Of a stretch of DNA of 6,962 bases, positions 1-5,907 are shown piece by piece (the first letter of the stretch is position 1; the number at the start of each line of letters is the position of its first letter). Source of the DNA: Leidyana gryllorum EB-2025a (Eukaryota > Protista > Apicomplexa); contig JBLWGC010000113.1 in NCBI GenBank assembly GCA_048772705.1, forward strand, positions 1 to 6,962, in the 5' to 3' direction. The position numbers were made by a program, and so were the translations under genes. The notes under the pieces are model-generated. The model saw only the letters and a list, made by a program, of their open reading frames with translations. It searched no databases and was not told the DNA's origin.

Positions 1-81
1 TTGCGCAGACCCGCGAGCGTTTAGGGGTCTTGACATAGTATGAGATGTCTCGAGGAGGGTACGGCTCTTCGGAGGGAGTTG

Positions 82-154
82 TCCACTGTAGTCTAAGTGG
101 CTAGGATATGCGGCTCTCACCCGCACGGTCGGGGTTCAAATCCCGGCAGTGGAA
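82..154 (+). tRNA. trnE-CTC: tRNA-Glu(CTC)
   Basis: Acceptor TCCACTG/CAGTGGA+A; anticodon arm GCGG-CT-CTC-AC-CCGC; T-loop TTCAAAT; one G.G mismatch in the T-stem. Confidence 0.9.
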
Positions 155-214
155 ATCCAGCTGAGTGTGCTTGCAGGCAACAGTTCCATTCTTACTTCCA
201 AGGATATAGATCCA

Positions 215-287
215 CACCGCCCGCGGGGCTCGAACCCGCGACTGCAAGATTAAGAGTCTTGCGCTCTACCGACTGAGCTAGGGCGGC
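215..287 (-). tRNA. trnK-CTT: tRNA-Lys(CTT)
   Basis: Reverse complement GCCGCCCTAGCTCAGTCGGTAGAGCGCAAGA-CT-CTT-AA-TCTTG...GGTTCGAGCCCCGCGGGCGGTG; full cloverleaf. Confidence 0.95.
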
Positions 288-406
288 AGGAAAGCCAGGA
301 CACAAAACCCGATAGCCTGACATCTAAAGTGGCTTTGGTACCCACCAGCCTCACATAGTGAGACGAGTCTCTCGACTGTACCCAGCGGGTGAACCACCGG
401 CTAGGT

Positions 407-478
407 GGCTGTTTGGTCTAGTGGTATGATTCTTCCTTCGGGTGGAAGAAGTCCTGGGTTCGATTCCCAGAACAGCCC
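407..478 (+). tRNA. trnP-CGG: tRNA-Pro(CGG)
   Basis: Acceptor GGCTGTT/AACAGCC+C; CTTCC-TT-CGG-GT-GGAAG; T-arm CTGGG-TTCGATT-CCCAG. Confidence 0.95.
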
Positions 479-559
479 CGTTGCTTGTCGGTTGACCCGA
501 CGCTCCACCTCATATCAAGATGGTACAACTCTCGTCCGAAGCCTCAGCTCGGGAGCTTG

Positions 560-632
560 TCCACTGTAGTCTAAGTGGCTAAGATATGCGGCTCTCACCC
601 GCACGATCCGCATTCAAGTCTCCGCAGTGGAA
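560..632 (+). pseudogene. tRNA-Glu(CTC) pseudogene, T-stem disrupted
   Basis: Copy of the Glu body, but T-arm reads CCGCA-TTCAAGT-CTCCG instead of CCGGG-TTCAAGT-CCCGG. Confidence 0.85.
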
Positions 633-707
633 GTCATTGAACTACTCGAGCAAAGTGCTCCAGTAATCTCCGTCAATAGTGACTGATTCGTGATCTTCGC
701 CTGTACT

Positions 708-779
708 GCCTTCTTAGCTTAGCGGCAGAGCATTCGCTTAGTAAGCGAAAGGTCGCCGGTTCGATTCCGGCAGAAGGCT
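708..779 (+). tRNA. trnT-AGT: tRNA-Thr(AGT)
   Basis: Acceptor GCCTTCT/AGAAGGC+T; TTCGC-TT-AGT-AA-GCGAA; GCCGG-TTCGATT-CCGGC. Confidence 0.93.
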
Positions 780-835
780 CGACTGCATCGAATGGGCACC
801 TGCAAGCTTATCGCAACTCCAATCATCGTAGCTGA

Positions 836-908
836 GCCTCGTAGCTCAGCCATCAGAGTGTAAGTCTCTTAGCCAGGAAGTCGCAGGTTTGGAACCTGCC
901 ACTACCTG
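836..908 (+). pseudogene. Decayed tRNA-Asn-like remnant
   Basis: GTAGCTCAG...AAGTCGCAGGTTTGGAACCTGCCA aligns with the intact Asn at 5585-5657 (GTAGCTCAG...AAGTCGCAGGTTCGAAACCTGCCA); anticodon and acceptor arms are decayed. Confidence 0.65.
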
Positions 909-972
909 AGGCACCCACTAGCTCAACGCAGACTGCGGCCGAGTCTCGGGGTGCTGAAGCTCTTTCTCAAGT

Positions 973-1043
973 GCACTTGTGGTCCAAGGGTAGGATGCGA
1001 GCTTCCCATGCTCGCAGTCCGGGTTCGAGTCCCGGCAGGTGCA
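973..1043 (+). tRNA. trnG-CCC: tRNA-Gly(CCC)
   Basis: Acceptor GCACTTG/CAGGTGC+A; CGAGC-TT-CCC-AT-GCTCG; CCGGG-TTCGAGT-CCCGG. Confidence 0.93.
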
Positions 1044-1122
1044 GTCGATCGTACAGACTTGACCATGGCTGCAACGATATTTTCAACATTCCGGGGCGAA
1101 GAGCAATGCACTTTAAACTGCT

Positions 1123-1194
1123 GGTCCGAGCCAGGAATCGAGCCTGGGTTTGCACGGCCACAACGTGCTGTCCTAACCACTAGACGACTCGGAT
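1123..1194 (-). tRNA. trnH-GTG: tRNA-His(GTG), A1.C72 mismatch, C54, C73
   Basis: Reverse complement ATCCGAG TC GTCTAGTGGTTAGGAC A GCACG-TT-GTG-GC-CGTGC AAAC CCAGG-CTCGATT-CCTGG CTCGGAC C. Confidence 0.85.
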
Positions 1195-1253
1195 AATCTG
1201 CAAGTAGCTATCAAGGCAGTGGGGCATCAATCAGGATGAAATGTAACAGGAGC

Positions 1254-1284
1254 GTTAGATGCTCTCCAAATGAGCTACTCCAGG
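1254..1284 (-). pseudogene. 5' fragment of a tRNA-Tyr-like gene
   Basis: Plus-strand AGATGCTCT-CCAAATGAGCTACTCCAGGCCGTCCAAC matches Tyr 4343-4380 AGATGCTCTACCAACTGAGCTACCCCCGGCCGGCCAAC, including the 5' flank. Confidence 0.6.
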
Positions 1285-1342
1285 CCGTCCAACTTCTGTG
1301 AGGCTCATCGGATACGCCCCTTTCACGGCCCGGAAGCTCCGT

Positions 1343-1409
1343 ACAGCCATGGTCTACTGCTTACGACGTCTGCTCCACACGCAGGAAAGAAGGTCCCGAG
1401 TTCTATCCT
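1343..1409 (+). pseudogene. tRNA-Val(CAC) pseudogene, insertion and 3' truncation
   Basis: Aligns with Val at 4646-4718; D-loop GG lost, ~5-nt insertion after the anticodon arm, ends after GAGTTCTATCCT. Confidence 0.8.
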
Positions 1410-1553
1410 GACAAGGATGGGATTTGGATCCACGCCCATTCTCCGCTGCGCCGTCACATATGTCCCTGCGAGTGCTACAGCTGTCCGCCAGTGTTTAATT
1501 GGCACTGGTGTTCAACGGCGTAGAATTCTAGTGAATCAGCCATGTGCTATGTC

Positions 1554-1625
1554 TGCATCTGCCGGGAATCGAACCCAGGTCGGGAGATTCAAAGTCTCCA
1601 GTGCTAACCACTATACGACGCAACC
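1554..1625 (-). pseudogene. Chimeric tRNA: Gln(TTG) body with a Gly-type 3' acceptor strand
   Basis: GGTTGCG...GGAGA-CT-TTG-AA-TCTCC...CTGGG-TTCGATT-CCCGG followed by CAGATGCA, which does not pair properly with GGTTGCG but is the complement of the Gly 5' strand GCATCTG (6889-6895). Confidence 0.8.
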
Positions 1626-1677
1626 GGCTCAGCCCATCCCAGAAGAGTCTGTTCCTCAACTGGACACACGCAACACG
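1567..1677 (+). repeat. Gln plus upstream flank, inverted repeat of about 4459-4590
   Basis: TCAGCCCATCCCAGAAGAGTC and ACACGCAACAC are reverse complements of 4508-4528 and about 4460-4470. Confidence 0.85.
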
Positions 1678-1806
1678 GGTCTCTACTGACCTCTGAAATA
1701 TTTTAAGTCGCTCCTGTATAAAGCGCCCAGCGTAGGCGTTGGATTTGGGTGGGACAGAAAGCTCACTTAAATCCTTGAAGCAGTTGCGCTTTTTCTCAAA
1801 TGCAAC

Positions 1807-1888
1807 CGACAAGGGTGAGATTCGAACTCACGCGGGTGAAACCCAACGGCTTAGCAGGTCGCCGCCTTAACCACTCGGCCACCTTGCC
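1807..1888 (-). tRNA. trnS-GCT: tRNA-Ser(GCT)
   Basis: 82 nt; acceptor GGCAAGG/CCTTGTC+G; loop CT-GCT-AA; long variable arm GGGTTTCACCC; GTGAG-TTCGAAT-CTCAC; one A.C mismatch in the anticodon stem. Confidence 0.92.
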
Positions 1889-1907
1889 GACAGTGAAACG
1901 GGCTACA

Positions 1908-1960
1908 CATTCCATCGGGAATCCCGTGCGAATTGGTAGTGCCCCTTCTCGATGTCAGTA
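1908..1960 (-). pseudogene. Heavily decayed tRNA-Gly-like remnant
   Basis: TCCATCGGGAATCCC...TCTCGATGTCAG resembles the Gly pseudogene at 6829-6865 (TCCGTCGGGAATCCC...TCTCGATGGCAG) with an insertion. Confidence 0.4.
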
Positions 1961-2091
1961 TTTGCCTTTGGAATGACTGCTTGGCGGGGTGGACGAAGAT
2001 CGGAGTGGCCGGTTCAGTACCAATCATAAGGCTTTGCTGAACACATCAGTCGGCTCCTTCGGCTAGTGACTGTTGACCTCAACTCTGAAGC

Positions 2092-2165
2092 GGTCGCGTA
2101 TTTCAGGCGGCCATAGCGTGAGCCTAATAAGTTCTGAGTCCCCGGTTGGAGTCCGGGCGTGACCA
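2092..2165 (+). pseudogene. tRNA-Ile(AAT) pseudogene
   Basis: Acceptor GGTCGCG/CGTGACC+A intact; loop CT-AAT-AA; D-arm decayed; T-loop TTGGAGT (C56 lost). Confidence 0.75.
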
Positions 2166-2266
2166 AGTGAGTGCATCTCTGATACAGCTTCGCCCTGTAC
2201 CCGAGGAAGGCCCAAGATTCAACGATCAATACGAATGGAATTTTGTTACTAAGTCCGAGCTTCGTC

Positions 2267-2329
2267 GCCGCCCCAAGTCCGTCGGTAGAGCGCAAGACTT
2301 TTGATGGGAGACCGCAGGTTCGGGCAGCG
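2267..2329 (+). pseudogene. tRNA-Lys(TTT) pseudogene
   Basis: GCCGCCC...GTCGGTAGAGCGCAAGACTTTT matches the Lys 5' half; the 3' half is decayed or deleted. Confidence 0.7.
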
Positions 2330-2351
2330 CGAGAAGTTCGAGACAGGGAAT

Positions 2352-2423
2352 GCCTCCTTAGCTTAGGGGCAGAGCATTCGCTTTGTAAGCGAAAGGTCGC
2401 TGGTTCGATTCCGGCAGGAGGCT
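2352..2423 (+). tRNA. trnT-TGT: tRNA-Thr(TGT)
   Basis: Acceptor GCCTCCT/AGGAGGC+T; TTCGC-TT-TGT-AA-GCGAA; GCTGG-TTCGATT-CCGGC. Confidence 0.92.
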
Positions 2424-2454
2424 TCAGTCATTAGCCTAAACATGGTTGCGATCA

Positions 2455-2506
2455 TCCGCCCGCATTTTCGGACGGCGGCTTGCACACAGCACTCGGCCAT
2501 CTTGCC
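2455..2506 (-). pseudogene. tRNA-Leu remnant with internal deletion
   Basis: Reverse complement GGCAAGATGGCCGAGT-[deletion]-GCTGTGTGCAAGCCGCCGTCCGAAA aligns with Leu 4939-5018; same position relative to Asp as in the 4772-5018 block. Confidence 0.7.
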
Positions 2507-2657
2507 GAAGTGTTACCCGTTTCCGGTCCGTGAAATCTCAAAATGCGAGGAGTTCTGGGGTTGGAGGCCGGCGTGTTTACTAGCGTCCGAGATAGTATAG
2601 TGGTCAGTATTTCCGCCTGTCACGCGGAAGACCCGGGTTCGATTCCCGGTCTCGGAG
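2490..2657 (+). repeat. Leu-Asp block, inverted repeat of about 4772-4955
   Basis: Spacer GTCCGTGAAATCTC...GGGGTTGGAGGCCGG matches the reverse complement of CCGGCCTTCAACCCC...GAGACTTCACGGAC. Confidence 0.88.
2586..2657 (+). tRNA. trnD-GTC: tRNA-Asp(GTC)
   Basis: Acceptor TCCGAGA/TCTCGGA+G; TCCGC-CT-GTC-AC-GCGGA; CCGGG-TTCGATT-CCCGG; intact cloverleaf. Confidence 0.96.
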
Positions 2658-2758
2658 CAGTTCCAGCCCTCACAACTGGTGCAACTCCGATTTTGTCTCA
2701 GCTGGTCTGGACTTCATTCGGGATTGTACGAGTGGGAGCCGCGTATAGTAGCCGACCT

Positions 2759-2830
2759 TGGAGAGACGTGGCATTGAACCCAGGACTTCTTCCAGCCGAA
2801 GAAAGAATCATATAACTAGACCAAACAGCC
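2759..2830 (-). pseudogene. Chimeric tRNA: Pro(CGG) body with a foreign (Ala-like) 3' end
   Basis: GGCTGTTTGGTCTAG...TT-CGG...GTCCTGGGTTCAAT then GCCACGTCTCTCCA instead of TCCCAGAACAGCCC; total length is still 72 nt. Confidence 0.78.
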
Positions 2831-2845
2831 CCCTATGGGTGCCTC

Positions 2846-2913
2846 AGGTACTGGCAGGTTCCAAACCTGCGACTTCGTGGCTGAGAGACTTACCTCTGAT
2901 GGCTGAGCTACGA
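2846..2913 (-). pseudogene. Decayed tRNA-Asn-like remnant (inverted copy of 836-908)
   Basis: Reverse complement TCGTAGCTCAGCCATCAGAGGTAAGTCTCTCAGCCACGAAGTCGCAGGTTTGGAACCTGCCAGTACC. Confidence 0.65.
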
Positions 2914-2960
2914 TTATTGGAGTTTGCGAGCAGCTTGCCGGTGCCCAGTCGATGCAGTCG

Positions 2961-3032
2961 AGCCTTCAGCCGGAATCGAACCGGCGACTTCTCGCTTACG
3001 AAGCGAACGCTCTGCCCCTAAACTAAGAAGGC
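2961..3032 (-). tRNA. trnT-CGT: tRNA-Thr(CGT)
   Basis: GCCTTCT...TTCGC-TT-CGT-AA-GCGAG...GCCGG-TTCGATT-CCGGC TGAAGGC T; T7.T66 mismatch. Confidence 0.87.
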
Positions 3033-3108
3033 AATGGAAGCCGGAGATGACGAAACAATCGCTATTGACGGAGATTAGTGGAGCACTTTGCTAGAGTAGT
3101 TCAATGAC

Positions 3109-3181
3109 TTCCACTGCCGGGACTTGAACCCGGATCGTGCGGGTGAAAGCCGCATATCCTAGCCACTTAGACTACAGTGGA
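3109..3181 (-). tRNA. trnE-TTC: tRNA-Glu(TTC)
   Basis: Intact cloverleaf; GCGG-CT-TTC-AC-CCGC; CCGGG-TTCAAGT-CCCGG. Confidence 0.95.
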
Positions 3182-3247
3182 CAACATTCCACAGCGAAGG
3201 CAGCTAGAGTCAGCCACATAATCGAAGTAAACTGCTGATCATTTGGC

Positions 3248-3320
3248 TACCTACGTCGAGACGCGAACTCGCAACCCTTGGATTTGAAGTCCAACGCGCT
3301 TTCCATCGCGCCACGTAGGC
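3248..3320 (-). tRNA. Arg-type tRNA body with a TCA anticodon (opal-suppressor-like; possibly a pseudogene)
   Basis: GCCTACG TG GCGC-GATGGAAA-GCGC G TTGGA-CT-TCA-AA-TCCAA GGGTT GCGAG-TTCGCGT-CTCGA CGTAGGT A; 73 nt with a short variable loop; A14G, A58C and a G49.A65 mismatch. Confidence 0.75.
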
Positions 3321-3409
3321 AAGAGCTTCTCGATTGGATCGAAAGAAGAACACTCACAGTTTTGAACCACGCCCCAGGCGTTTCTCTGTACCCAAGGTTG
3401 CATGTAGTT

Positions 3410-3482
3410 TGGACGACCTGGGTATCAATCCCAGTACCTCTCGCATGCAAAGCGAGCGCTCTACCATTTGAGCTCGTCGCCA
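3410..3482 (-). pseudogene. trnA-TGC: tRNA-Ala(TGC), probably non-functional
   Basis: CTCGC-TT-TGC-AT-GCGAG and G3.U70 are present, but there is a T1.C72 mismatch, U8 is G, and the T-loop is ATTGATA (C56T). Confidence 0.8.
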
Positions 3483-3569
3483 CTTGTGCACACCCACCGC
3501 ATTTGTTGGTTCTGAACATAGTATGACCACTATCTCAAGTGTCCTCAGCGGTTTGCACGACCGACAGGC

Positions 3570-3641
3570 GGCTGTTTGGTCTAGTGGTATGATTCTTCCT
3601 TCGGGTGGAAGAAGTCCTGGGTTCGGTTCCCAGAACAGCCC
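3570..3641 (+). tRNA. trnP-CGG: tRNA-Pro(CGG), A58G variant
   Basis: Identical to 407-478 except T-loop TTCGGTT. Confidence 0.88.
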
Positions 3642-3722
3642 CGTTGGTTGTCGGTTAACCCGACGCTCCACCTCATCTCAACATGGTACGGCTCTCGTCC
3701 GAAGCCTCAACTCGGAGACTCG

Positions 3723-3795
3723 TCCACTGTAGTCTATGTGGCTTGGATATGAGGCTTTCACTCGCTCGATCCTAATTCAAGTCCCGGCAGGGGAA
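3723..3795 (+). pseudogene. tRNA-Glu(TTC) pseudogene
   Basis: Glu body with mismatches in the anticodon, T (CCTAA/CCCGG) and acceptor stems. Confidence 0.85.
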
Positions 3796-3859
3796 ATTCA
3801 GCTCAGTGTGCTTGCAAGCAAAATATTTCTTTTATACTCCTACCAGAGACATTGATCCG

Positions 3860-3932
3860 CACCGCCCACGGGGCTGGAACCCGCGACTGCAAGATTAAGA
3901 GTCTTGCGCTCTACCGACTGAGCTAGGGCGGG
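3860..3932 (-). tRNA. trnK-CTT: tRNA-Lys(CTT), variant (C1.T72, T-loop TTCCAGC), possibly a pseudogene
   Basis: Near-identical to 215-287 with G1C, G57C and C65T. Confidence 0.8.
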
Positions 3933-4035
3933 AAGAAAGCTCTAAACTTAGTTACACCCTATTTGCCGTTGGGTGGACAGTGGAAGTCAATTCATGTCTT
4001 CGTGTGTATATCCCGTCGCATGCACCCAAATATTC

Positions 4036-4107
4036 GGCTGTTTGGTCTAGTGATATGATCGTTCCTTTGGGTGGAAGAAGTCCTGGGTTCGATTCCCAGA
4101 ACAGCCC
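4036..4107 (+). tRNA. trnP-TGG: tRNA-Pro(TGG), variant
   Basis: Acceptor GGCTGTT/AACAGCC+C; loop TT-TGG-GT; D-loop GG changed to GA; G.G at the top of the anticodon stem; T-arm intact. Confidence 0.82.
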
Positions 4108-4291
4108 GTCTGGTACTTGTTGACTCAAAACGTCAGTCTATCCAAGGTCGGATGAGATATGCTGCTCAGCTAAGACAACATTTGAGTTATATATCCATGG
4201 AATCTTCGCCAGATTAACTCCAGTTGGCCCATCAACGCTTTTTGCCAAAGTCCATCAGGTTGAGTAGTAGTTTGCACAGCACCTCGCTACT

Positions 4292-4371
4292 TCCGGTGGG
4301 ACGGAATCGAACCGCCGACTATCTGATGCCAGTACTACAGTGAGATGCTCTACCAACTGAGCTACCCCCGG
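4292..4371 (-). tRNA. trnY-GTA: tRNA-Tyr(GTA) with a 7-nt intron (4328-4334)
   Basis: CCGGGGG TA GCTCAGTTGGTAGAGC A TCTCA-CT-GTA-G[TACTGGC]A-TCAGA TAGTC GGCGG-TTCGATT-CCGTC CCACCGG A; C1-G72 and A73 are Tyr identity elements; two stem mismatches. Confidence 0.87.
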
Positions 4372-4531
4372 CCGGCCAACGGCGTCGAGGTTCGCAGACT
4401 CAACCTCAGAACCTCAAAAGTGACACTTCAAGTTCTCAAGTGCGGCACAGATTACGGGTGTGTTGCGTGTGTTCATTTGAGAAAGCGCTAGTCCGGATAA
4501 TTCTACCGACTCTTCTGGGATGGGCTGAAGC

Positions 4532-4591
4532 GGTTGCGTGGTGTAGTGGTTAGCACTGGAGACTCTGAACCTCCCGACCTGGGTTCGATTC
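4532..4591 (+). pseudogene. tRNA-Gln(CTG), truncated just after the T-loop
   Basis: GGTTGCGTGGTGTAGTGGTTAGCACT GGAGA-CT-CTG-AA-CCTCC CGAC CTGGG TTCGATT C, then unrelated sequence with no 3' acceptor strand. Confidence 0.82.
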
Positions 4592-4645
4592 GGTCCTCAC
4601 TACTCCCTGAATTTTCGCCATCTCTTGATCTGCGGGACCTTCCGT

Positions 4646-4718
4646 GCAGCCATGGTCTAGTGGTCACGACGTCTGCTTAACACGCAGAAGGTCCCGAGTT
4701 CGATCCTCGGTGGCTGTA
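4646..4718 (+). tRNA. trnV-AAC: tRNA-Val(AAC)
   Basis: Acceptor GCAGCCA/TGGCTGT+A; TCTGC-TT-AAC-AC-GCAGA; CCGAG-TTCGATC-CTCGG. Confidence 0.93.
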
Positions 4719-4771
4719 ACTCGCGTTCGTCAGGTGAGCACCACGAAATTTATAGCGGAAGAACGAAGTGT

Positions 4772-4843
4772 CTCCGAGACCGGTAATCGAACCCGGGTCT
4801 TCCGAGTGACAGGCGGAAATACTAAGCACTATACTATCTCGGA
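4772..4843 (-). pseudogene. trnD-GTC: tRNA-Asp(GTC), degenerate copy
   Basis: Copy of 2586-2657 with D-loop GG changed to GC, an anticodon-stem G to T change and T-stem C61A. Confidence 0.8.
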
Positions 4844-4938
4844 CGCTCGTGGATACCCCGGCCTTCAACCCCAAAAGTCCTCCCTTCTCGAGACTTCACG
4901 GACAGAAAGCGTGTAAAGTGGCGAGCCAAGGGCACTCC

Positions 4939-5018
4939 GGCAAGATGGCCGAGTCGTCCAAGGCGCTGTGTTAAGGCCGCAGTCCGAAAGGGCGTGGGTT
5001 CGAATCCCACTCTTGTCA
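4939..5018 (+). tRNA. trnL-AAG: tRNA-Leu(AAG)
   Basis: 80 nt; acceptor GGCAAGA/TCTTGTC+A; CTGTG-TT-AAG-GC-CGCAG; variable arm TCCGAAAGGG; GTGGG-TTCGAAT-CCCAC; D-loop G18C. Confidence 0.88.
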
Positions 5019-5396
5019 GGCGTTGTATCGGCCCTCGGTCAGCCACTGGATGCAATAGGTCCTCCATTGGTTTGATAGGCGGAACATCCGCCGAATCGCT
5101 GGTTCCGTCCCTAGTTGGATGCATTGGGTCCATAATCTATACTGACGGCTAATCTGGGTATTCTGAAGTTGGGTTTTGGTCTGGTAAGTGCCCGTAATTG
5201 AACTAGTTGTATTGGAATGTAATAAAAATGAATAATAAAATCGTGTGTGTCGTGTTCGTGTCTCCCTTAACCAGGCTGGCACGTAGATCTAGCTTAACCT
5301 AAAGGCCTTAGGCCGTCATTGACTCTGGGGCTTAACTGAAAGAATGCAGATCGGGTTCAAAATGACGCATCATCCATGTGGAGCGGATGAGCGGAT
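5019..5396. other. Non-tRNA insert with an AT-rich core (possible solo-LTR or retroelement fragment)
   Basis: Longest tRNA-free gap in the window; contains TGTAATAAAAATGAATAATAAAA followed by a GT-rich tract; no match seen elsewhere in the window. Confidence 0.35.
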
Positions 5397-5469
5397 GGGC
5401 GGCTAGCTCAGATGGTAGAGCGCTCGCTTCGCATGCGAGAGGTACTGGGATCGATACCCAAGTCGTCCA
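5397..5469 (+). tRNA. trnA-CGC: tRNA-Ala(CGC)
   Basis: Acceptor GGGCGGC/GTCGTCC+A with G3.U70; CTCGC-TT-CGC-AT-GCGAG; eukaryotic Ala T-loop ATCGATA; C49.A65 mismatch. Confidence 0.9.
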
Positions 5470-5584
5470 AAGTACGTACAGCTGCACGTGGCGGGATCCA
5501 AACAAACTTCCATCTTTGAAGGGTCGCAGACCACAAGTGCCATTGGCACACCAGCGCACTCAGTGTTTAGTGTGCCTCTGAAAC

Positions 5585-5657
5585 CGGTCCTGGCAGGTTT
5601 CGAACCTGCGACTTTGTGGTTAACAGCCACACGCTCTGCCGACTGAGCTACAAGACC
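5585..5657 (-). tRNA. trnN-GTT: tRNA-Asn(GTT)
   Basis: Acceptor GGTCTTG/CAGGACC+G; TGTGG-CT-GTT-AA-CCACA; GCAGG-TTCGAAA-CCTGC. Confidence 0.95.
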
Positions 5658-5774
5658 CAGCTACAATGGTTCAGAGGTTAGTATAGAGATCCTCCTTTTT
5701 CTACAACAGGATTCTGCAACCACGTCTTGTCAAGAGGGTACGGCTCTCGGCTACAGCTGCAGCTGAGGAAGTTG

Positions 5775-5847
5775 TCCACTGTAGTCTAAGTGGCTAGGAT
5801 ATGCGGCCCTCACCCGCACGATCCGGGTTCAAGTCCCGGCAGTGGAA
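5775..5847 (+). tRNA. trnE-CTC: tRNA-Glu(CTC), U33C variant
   Basis: All stems intact; anticodon loop CC-CTC-AC. Confidence 0.88.
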
Positions 5848-5907
5848 ATCCAGCTGAGTGTGCTTGTAGGCAACAGTTCCATTCTTACTCCCACGGAAAT
5901 AGATCCA

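Larger units (their letters stand above)
55..346 (+). repeat. Glu-Lys block, direct repeat of 5734-6039 (partial third copy about 3723-3935)
   Basis: Spacer ATCCAGCTGAGTGTGCTTGYAGGCAACAGTTCCATTCTTACT and flank GGACACAAAACCCGATAGCCTGACAT...GTGGCTTTGGTACCCACC are shared. Confidence 0.92.
407..632 (+). repeat. Pro-Glu block, direct repeat of 3570-3795
   Basis: Shared spacer TTGTCGGTTRACCCGACGCTCCACCTCAT...CTCTCGTCCGAAGCCTCA. Confidence 0.92.
557..917 (+). repeat. Glu-Thr-Asn remnant block, inverted repeat of 2836-3184
   Basis: GTCATTGAACTACTC...TAATCTCCGTCAATAG and CCTGAGGCACCCA occur as reverse complements at 3062-3108 and 2836-2848. Confidence 0.92.

Noticed and set aside
30-41. TTGACA followed by TAGTAT, resembling a sigma70 promoter
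   Set aside because: The hexamers are adjacent instead of about 17 bp apart, and the context is eukaryotic Pol III genes.
3248-3320. tRNA-Sec call for the TCA anticodon gene
   Set aside because: It is only 73 nt with a 7/5 acceptor/T fold and no long variable arm or extended D-stem.
3345-3380. Possible tRNA T-arm fragment on the minus strand (GTGGTTCAAAAC)
   Set aside because: Too short, with no supporting stems to assign.
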